Source: Hydrurus foetidus (lineage: Eukaryota). Taken from it: a stretch of DNA of 64,000 nt. Where the stretch lies: NCBI GenBank assembly GCA_900617105.1, contig UYFQ01000732.1:124001-188000 (forward strand), written 5' to 3'. Under the pieces are notes generated by a model that was not told the origin of the DNA, did not search any database, and worked only from the letters and a program-made list of their open reading frames with translations. This document shows positions 58,103 to 64,000 of this stretch, one piece after another; position 1 is the stretch's first letter; each line of letters opens with the position of its first letter. Both the position numbers and the translations under genes were made by a program.

Positions 58103-58702
58103 TCAGGGCAGGGGCAGTGCGGGGCCCCATTGCAAAGACCAGCTGCCCAGCAGGACTTGTTGCAGCCAGAGCGCGCCCGCCAAGGTCTTGGCATCGGTGA
58201 CCCGGCCCTGCTGGCACCACTGCAGCAGCTCTTCCGGCGTGGTAGTGAACACTTCCAGAAATTCGCCGGCGTCCAGTTGCGCCGCACCGGGCGTCAGACC
58301 GCGGGCAAACCAGATGTCTATGAATTCGGTGGAATACGCAATCACGGGGTGCATCTGGCCCGCCCGTGCCCATTCGGTGGCGGTGTAACCGGTTTCCTCC
58401 AGCAGCTCACGCTGGGCACAGAACTGCACGCTCTCACCCGCGTCCAGCTTGCCCGCCGGAAACTCCACCATCACCTGGCCAATGGGATAACGGAACTGCC
58501 GTTCCAAGACCACACGGACCTGGCCGGCGTCGTCTTGCAACAGGGGGATGACCATCACCGCACCGGGATGGACAAAGTACTCACGAGTCGCGGAAGCGCC
58601 ATCGGGCAAGGTGACGGTGTCGCGAAAGGCGTGGAGAAACTTGCCTTTCAGAATCTCTACGCTGGAGTGCGTGTGCTCACGCAGGTGGCTGTCGTCTTCC
58701 AT
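58103..58702 (-). CDS. NUDIX hydrolase (ADP-ribose pyrophosphatase-like)
   Basis: HPGAV, EFPAGKLDAGE..CAQRELLEETGY Nudix box. Confidence 0.92.
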   Translation of the reverse strand: MEDDSHLREHTHSSVEILKGKFLHAFRDTVTLPDGASATREYFVHPGAVMVIPLLQDDAGQVRVVLERQFRYPIGQVMVEFPAGKLDAGESVQFCAQRELLEETGYTATEWARAGQMHPVIAYSTEFIDIWFARGLTPGAAQLDAGEFLEVFTTTPEELLQWCQQGRVTDAKTLAGALWLQQVLLGSWSLQWGPALPLP

Positions 58703-58717
58703 GGTGCGAACCGGAGG

Positions 58718-59020
58718 TCAGTTGCGCCGCTTGAGCAGGTAGCGATAGACAAAACCGGGGAAGGCAAACGTCATGAACAAGGCCCAGGTGATGGCAAAAA
58801 ATTCCCAACCCTGTGGGGTGATCTGCCCAGCGTGTTTTTCCAGGCCCGCGCCCACCATGCCGGTCACGCCATACCAGAGCACCAGCTCTAGCAGACGCAG
58901 GCCCAGCGACTTGCGGCTCGCCACAGGCAACACGCCCATGATTTTTTCAGTGAAGAATGGCAGGTTGGCACCCAACAGTGCCAACACCACCAACGCACCC
59001 ACCGCGAAAGAATTACCCAT
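58718..59020 (-). CDS. DUF2818 family membrane protein
   Basis: ANLPF, QGWEFFAIT, FAFPGFVYRYL; usual position after nuoN in Burkholderiales. Confidence 0.85.
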   Translation of the reverse strand: MGNSFAVGALVVLALLGANLPFFTEKIMGVLPVASRKSLGLRLLELVLWYGVTGMVGAGLEKHAGQITPQGWEFFAITWALFMTFAFPGFVYRYLLKRRN

Positions 59021-59034
59021 CAGTCGACGCGACC

Positions 59035-60549
59035 TCAGGTGCCCAGCATCTGCTTGATGGACGCTGCACACAGCGCCATCAGCCCGCTGGGGAACAGGCC
59101 CAACAGCAGCACCAGGGCGCCGTTGATGCACAGCACAACGCGCACATCCATCGGCGCACTCACGGTGGTGGCGGTAATGGGCTCGTCAAAGTACATGACC
59201 TTGATGAGGCGCAGGTAGTAGAACGCCCCTACCAAAGACGTCAGCATGGCGAACACGGCGAGGCCGAGGTAGAACGAATCACCGGAAGCGATCAGGGCCT
59301 GCAGCACCGACAACTTTGCATAGAAACCGACCATGGGAGGAATACCGGCCAGCGAGAACAAGGCGATGGCCATGATGGCGGCATACAGCGGACTGCGCTG
59401 ATTCAGACCCGCGAAGTCGGCAATCTCTTCGCTCTCAAAGCCTTCGCGTGAGAGCAGCAAAATCACGCCGAAGCTGGCCAGCGTGGTCAGTACGTAGCTG
59501 ATCACATAGAACATGGCGGAGCTGTAGGCATTGGCGGCCGGGGCAATATTGCCGTTGACCACCCCAGACATCAGGCCCAGAAGCACAAAGCCGATCTGGG
59601 CAATGGTGGAGTACGCCAGCATGCGCTTGACGTTGGTTTGCGCGATCGCAGCAAAGTTGCCGATCAGCAAAGAACCTACGGCCAGCACCATCAGCATCTG
59701 CTGCCAGTCGCCCGCCAGCGGCAACATACCCTCCACCAGCAAACGCATGACGACGGCGAATGCCGCCAACTTAGGCGCAGCACCAATCATCAGCGTCACG
59801 GCCGTTGGGGCACCCTGGTACACATCAGGTATCCACATATGGAACGGCACCGCACCAAGCTTGAACGCCAAACCAGCCACGATGAAGACCAGACCAAACA
59901 CCAGTACACCATGTTGGTACTTGCCAGACGAAATGGCCCGGAACACGGCGTTTACGTCCAGGGAACCAGTGGCACCATAGAACATGGACATGCCGTAGAG
60001 CAGGAAGCCCGAAGCCATCGCGCCGAGCACAAAGTATTTCATGGCCGCCTCGGTGGCGGTTGCATTGTCACGGCGCAGGGCCACCAGCGCGTAGCTGGAC
60101 AGTGTCAACAACTCCAGGCCCAAGTAGGTCACAAGGAAGTTGTTGCCGGAGATCATCACGAACATGCCTAGCAAGGCAAACAGGTTCAGCGTGAACATCT
60201 CGCCACCGCGCAGCATGTCGCGCTGGCCCGCGTAGGGGCGTCCGTACACCAGGGTCACCATCACCGCCAGCGTGGCAAAACACTTGAGCCAGTTGCCCAT
60301 GGAGTCACTGACCACCATGTTGCCAAAGCCGTACACGGTTTGACTTGCGCCCAACCAAGTTTGCACAGCACCAGTACCGTAGCCAGCCTGAAGCAGGGCC
60401 ACAACAGCTAAGGTTGCCAGGGTCAAACCATAGGTGAGGTTGCGTAGAGTGCTTTTTACATCCAGGTCCACCAGGGCAATGACGCAGGCCATCACCATCA
60501 AAATGATTTCCGGGTAAACCGTGATCCAACTGAGTTTGTCAATCATCAT
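59035..60549 (-). CDS. nuoN: NADH-quinone oxidoreductase subunit N
   Basis: [30 protein letters not shown]. Confidence 0.97.
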   Translation of the reverse strand: MMIDKLSWITVYPEIILMVMACVIALVDLDVKSTLRNLTYGLTLATLAVVALLQAGYGTGAVQTWLGASQTVYGFGNMVVSDSMGNWLKCFATLAVMVTLVYGRPYAGQRDMLRGGEMFTLNLFALLGMFVMISGNNFLVTYLGLELLTLSSYALVALRRDNATATEAAMKYFVLGAMASGFLLYGMSMFYGATGSLDVNAVFRAISSGKYQHGVLVFGLVFIVAGLAFKLGAVPFHMWIPDVYQGAPTAVTLMIGAAPKLAAFAVVMRLLVEGMLPLAGDWQQMLMVLAVGSLLIGNFAAIAQTNVKRMLAYSTIAQIGFVLLGLMSGVVNGNIAPAANAYSSAMFYVISYVLTTLASFGVILLLSREGFESEEIADFAGLNQRSPLYAAIMAIALFSLAGIPPMVGFYAKLSVLQALIASGDSFYLGLAVFAMLTSLVGAFYYLRLIKVMYFDEPITATTVSAPMDVRVVLCINGALVLLLGLFPSGLMALCAASIKQMLGT

Positions 60550-60570
60550 TCGTCTCTCAATTCAGTCTGA

Positions 60571-62046
60571 TCAGTTCAACTTGGACACTGCCACATGCTT
60601 GAGCAGCTGGGCCACCGAAGCATCCATGACATCGGTAAAGGGCTTGGGGTACAGGCCCATGTACAGCACGGCGACGGCCAGCAGACCCAGCATCAGGAAT
60701 TCACGTGCGTTGATGTCCACCAGTGATTTCACATCGTCATTGGCTACTGGGCCCAGGTACACGCGCTTGAACATCCACAGCGTGTAGGCCGCACCAAAGA
60801 TCAGGGCACTGGCGGCGGCAAAGCCGATCCAGAAATTGAATTTCACGGCACCCAGAATCACCATCCACTCGCCCACGAAACCGGCTGTTCCTGGCAGGCC
60901 GCAGTTGGCCATGGAGAACAGAAGAGCAAACGCAGCGAACTTGGGCATGGTGTTGACCACACCGCCGTAGCTGGAGATTTCACGCGAGTGCACACGGTCG
61001 TACAGCACGCCAATGGACAGGAACATCGCGCACGACACAAAGCCGTGGGCAATCATCTGCACCAGGCCACCGGAAACTCCGAGGTCATTGAAGATGAAGA
61101 AACCCAGAGTCACAAAGCCCATGTGGGCGACCGATGAGTAGGCTACGAGCTTTTTCATGTCCTGCTGCACCATGGCAACGAGGCCCACGTACACCACTGC
61201 GATCAGGGACAGTGCGATCATGAAGCCGCCCCATTCATGCGCAGCATCTGGGGCAATGGGTATCGAAAAGCGTAGGAAACCGTAGGCACCCAGCTTCAGC
61301 ATGATGGCAGCCAGCACGGCAGAACCACCGGTGGGGGCTTCCACGTGCACATCGGGCAACCAGGTGTGTACGGGCCACATCGGCACCTTCACCGCAAACG
61401 CGGCAAAGAAGGCAAAGAACAACAAGGTCTGCGGCGTGCTCGCCAAGGGGAGCGCATGCCAGGTAGCCAGATCAAAACTGCCACCGGATTTGGTGTACAG
61501 GTAAATGAGCGCCACCAGCATGAGCAGAGAACCCATCAAGGTGTAGAGGAAGAACTTGAAGGCCGCGTAAATCTTGTTGGGACCACCCCAGATACCGATG
61601 ATCAGGTACATCGGGATCAGCGTGGCTTCGAAGAACACGTAGAACAGCAGGCCATCCAGTGCCGTGAACACGCCAATCATCAGACCACTGAGGATCAGGA
61701 ACGCGCCCATGTATTGGTTCACACGCCGGGTAATCACTTCCCAGCCAGCGATCACTACCACCACATTGATGAAGGCAGTGAGCAACACAAACCAGAACGA
61801 AATACCATCTACACCCAGGTGGTAGTTGACGTTAAAACGATCAATCCAGCGCGCGTTTTCCACAAACTGCATGGCCGCGGATGCGGTATCAAACTGCCCA
61901 TACAACGGCAATGTCACCAGAAAACTGACCACGGCTCCCACCAACGCGATCCAGCGCACCACGCCGGCATGCTCATCACGCCCGAACGCCAGCAGCACCA
62001 AGCCGAAGGCGATGGGAGTCCAAATTGCAAGGCTCAACAAACCCAT
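60571..62046 (-). CDS. nuoM: NADH-quinone oxidoreductase subunit M
   Basis: GVDGIS, VKVPMWPVHTWLPDVHVEAPT, KKLVAYSSVAHMG. Confidence 0.97.
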   Translation of the reverse strand: MGLLSLAIWTPIAFGLVLLAFGRDEHAGVVRWIALVGAVVSFLVTLPLYGQFDTASAAMQFVENARWIDRFNVNYHLGVDGISFWFVLLTAFINVVVVIAGWEVITRRVNQYMGAFLILSGLMIGVFTALDGLLFYVFFEATLIPMYLIIGIWGGPNKIYAAFKFFLYTLMGSLLMLVALIYLYTKSGGSFDLATWHALPLASTPQTLLFFAFFAAFAVKVPMWPVHTWLPDVHVEAPTGGSAVLAAIMLKLGAYGFLRFSIPIAPDAAHEWGGFMIALSLIAVVYVGLVAMVQQDMKKLVAYSSVAHMGFVTLGFFIFNDLGVSGGLVQMIAHGFVSCAMFLSIGVLYDRVHSREISSYGGVVNTMPKFAAFALLFSMANCGLPGTAGFVGEWMVILGAVKFNFWIGFAAASALIFGAAYTLWMFKRVYLGPVANDDVKSLVDINAREFLMLGLLAVAVLYMGLYPKPFTDVMDASVAQLLKHVAVSKLN

Positions 62047-62059
62047 ATTATTTTTCTCC

Positions 62060-64000
62060 TTAGCGGCCAAGCCATTGAACAACCATGGGCCATGTCACAA
62101 AGTAGGACATCATCAAGAACACGCCCAAAATCATGACCAGCGCATAGTGGTACAGGTACCCGGACTGCGCCTGACGCACCAGACCTGACACCCAACCCAC
62201 CAACTTCCAGGACCCATTGACCACCGCTCCGTCAATGATGGCCTGGTCGCCCACCTTCCACAGACCCATACCCAATCCGCGTGCACCGCGGGCCAGGATG
62301 TTTTCGTTGATCCAGTCCAGGTAGTACTTGTTTTCCAACAGGTTGAAGATCGGCATCGCGTTGCGCTTGATGGTGGCAGGAACCGCCGGGAACACCATGT
62401 ACATCAAATACGCCGTCACCACACCCGCCAGCGCCAGCCAGAACGGCAGAGTCGTGAAGGCATGCATCGCCATTTGCAGCGGTCCGTGGAAGGCTTGGGC
62501 CAGCTCTTCCATGGCAGGGTGCTTCTCGAGGTTGACCGCAATCACGCCCTTGAAGAAATCGCCGAACAACATGGGCTGAATCGTCAAGTAACCAATCAGC
62601 ACCGAGGGAATTGCCAGCAGCACCAACGGCACCGTCACGACCCAAGGGGATTCGTGCGGATGGTGGTCATGGTGATCGCCATGGTCGCTGTGGTCGTCGT
62701 CGTGGTGTGCATCCGGGTTCTGGTCAAAGCGCTCTTTGCCATGAAACACCAGGAAGTACAAACGGAAGGAATAGAACGCCGTGATGAACACACCGGCCAA
62801 CACAGCAAACGAGGCGAACCCGGCGCCCGGCAAGTGACTTTCGTGCACCGCCTCGATGATGCTGTCCTTGGAATAGAACCCGGCAAACAATGGCGTACCA
62901 ATCAAGGCCAGCGAGCCCAGCAATGACGTAATCCAAGTGATGGGCATGTACTTGCGCAGGCCACCCATCCAGCGGATGTCCTGGTTGTGGTGCACACCCA
63001 TGATGACCGAACCTGCGGCAAGGAACAGCAAGGCCTTGAAGAAGGCGTGCGTCATCAGGTGAAATACCGCCACGGAATAGGCCGAAGCACCCAGCGCCAC
63101 CGTCATGTAGCCGAGCTGGGACAGCGTGGAGTACGCGACCACGCGTTTGATGTCGTTCTGAATGATGCCCAGAAAACCCATGAACAAGGCAGTGATGGCA
63201 CCAATCACAAGGATGAAGTTCAGCGCCGTATCGCTCAATTCAAACAGCGGCGACATGCGCGCCACCATGAAGATACCGGCAGTCACCATGGTCGCGGCGT
63301 GGATCAACGCGGAGATGGGCGTGGGGCCTTCCATGGAGTCAGGTAACCACACGTGCAAAGGGAACTGCGCTGACTTGCCCATGGCACCGATGAACAGGCA
63401 AATGCAGATCACGGTGATCAGCATCCAGTCGGTTCCGGGGAAAGACAGCTGCGCCAAGCTATCTGCCTTCGCAAAAACTTCTGCATAGTTCAGCGTACCG
63501 CCAAAGGCAACAATGAGGCTAATGCCCAGGATGAATCCGAAGTCACCCACGCGGTTGACTAAAAAGGCCTTCATGTTGGCGAAGATAGCGGTGGGCTTGT
63601 TGAACCAGAAGCCGATCAGCAGGTAAGACACCAAGCCCACGGCTTCCCAGCCAAAAAACAATTGCAACAGGTTGTTGCTCATCACCAGCATCAACATGGC
63701 GAAGGTGAACAGCGAGATGTAGGCGAAGAAGCGGTTGTAACCTTCGTCCTCTTCCATGTAACCCACGGTGTAGATGTGCACCATCAGCGACACAAAGGTT
63801 ACTACGCACATCATCATGGCGGTGAGGCCATCTACCAAGAAGCCCACCTCCATTTTCAAACCGCCGACCACCATCCAGGTGTAGAGGGTTTCGCTGAAGT
63901 GGGCACCGTCCATGGCTACCGACTTCAGGGTCGATGCAGACAACACGAACGCCACCAGCACGCCCAAAATGGTCAGTGTGTGGCTCAGCTTGCGACCGAT
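62060..64000 (-). CDS. nuoL: NADH-quinone oxidoreductase subunit L (5' end outside window)
   Basis: GKSAQFPLHVWLPDSMEGPTPISALIHAATMV, HLMTHAFFKALLFL. Confidence 0.97.
   Translation of the reverse strand: MGRKLSHTLTILGVLVAFVLSASTLKSVAMDGAHFSETLYTWMVVGGLKMEVGFLVDGLTAMMMCVVTFVSLMVHIYTVGYMEEDEGYNRFFAYISLFTFAMLMLVMSNNLLQLFFGWEAVGLVSYLLIGFWFNKPTAIFANMKAFLVNRVGDFGFILGISLIVAFGGTLNYAEVFAKADSLAQLSFPGTDWMLITVICICLFIGAMGKSAQFPLHVWLPDSMEGPTPISALIHAATMVTAGIFMVARMSPLFELSDTALNFILVIGAITALFMGFLGIIQNDIKRVVAYSTLSQLGYMTVALGASAYSVAVFHLMTHAFFKALLFLAAGSVIMGVHHNQDIRWMGGLRKYMPITWITSLLGSLALIGTPLFAGFYSKDSIIEAVHESHLPGAGFASFAVLAGVFITAFYSFRLYFLVFHGKERFDQNPDAHHDDDHSDHGDHHDHHPHESPWVVTVPLVLLAIPSVLIGYLTIQPMLFGDFFKGVIAVNLEKHPAMEELAQAFHGPLQMAMHAFTTLPFWLALAGVVTAYLMYMVFPAVPATIKRNAMPIFNLLENKYYLDWINENILARGARGLGMGLWKVGDQAIIDGAVVNGSWKLVGWVSGLVRQAQSGYLYHYALVMILGVFLMMSYFVTWPMVVQWLGR

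Noticed and set aside
62660..62710. His/Asp-rich tract in NuoL
   Set aside because: Common feature of proteobacterial NuoL; not novel.
1..64000. CRISPR array, tRNA or rRNA genes
   Set aside because: No regularly spaced identical repeats with unique spacers and no tRNA or rRNA signatures found by eye; the 55-bp repeats are dispersed and degenerate.

Overview
GC-rich betaproteobacterial chromosome; gene content and repeats look Comamonadaceae/Rhodoferax-like (inference). The core backbone has a MATE pump, miaA, a TPP-riboswitch-controlled thiamine ABC transporter, DUF1501/DUF1800, an Att-like ABC permease plus AttH, LysR, M48 peptidase, an MsbA-like ABC transporter, gdhA and nuoLMN. It is interrupted by three accessory parts. 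(i) A mobile-element cluster at 1-3 kb. (ii) A lipase-effector/lipoprotein module at 11.5-14.2 kb. (iii) An island at about 28.3-55.4 kb carrying a decaying, partly duplicated type I secretion locus (hlyB, hlyD, prolyl-4-hydroxylase-like genes, a 2260-aa RTX protein with an FrpC-type self-processing module, small upstream immunity-like genes), a toxin-antitoxin pair, two IS1380 copies and a two-component system. The most striking observation is a 2.4-kb element (52989-55403) encoding a tyrosine recombinase plus an IS91-type HUH/Y2 transposase that is built like an integron gene cassette. It starts at G|TTGGAC and ends in a well-formed attC hairpin whose R'' core is complementary to that start. 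A second, divergent recombinase-Y2 element at 1-1523 shares the same terminal motif. Also notable: a ~55-bp interspersed repeat occurs 8 times, 6 of them translated in frame inside proteins. No rRNA, tRNA or CRISPR array was seen.
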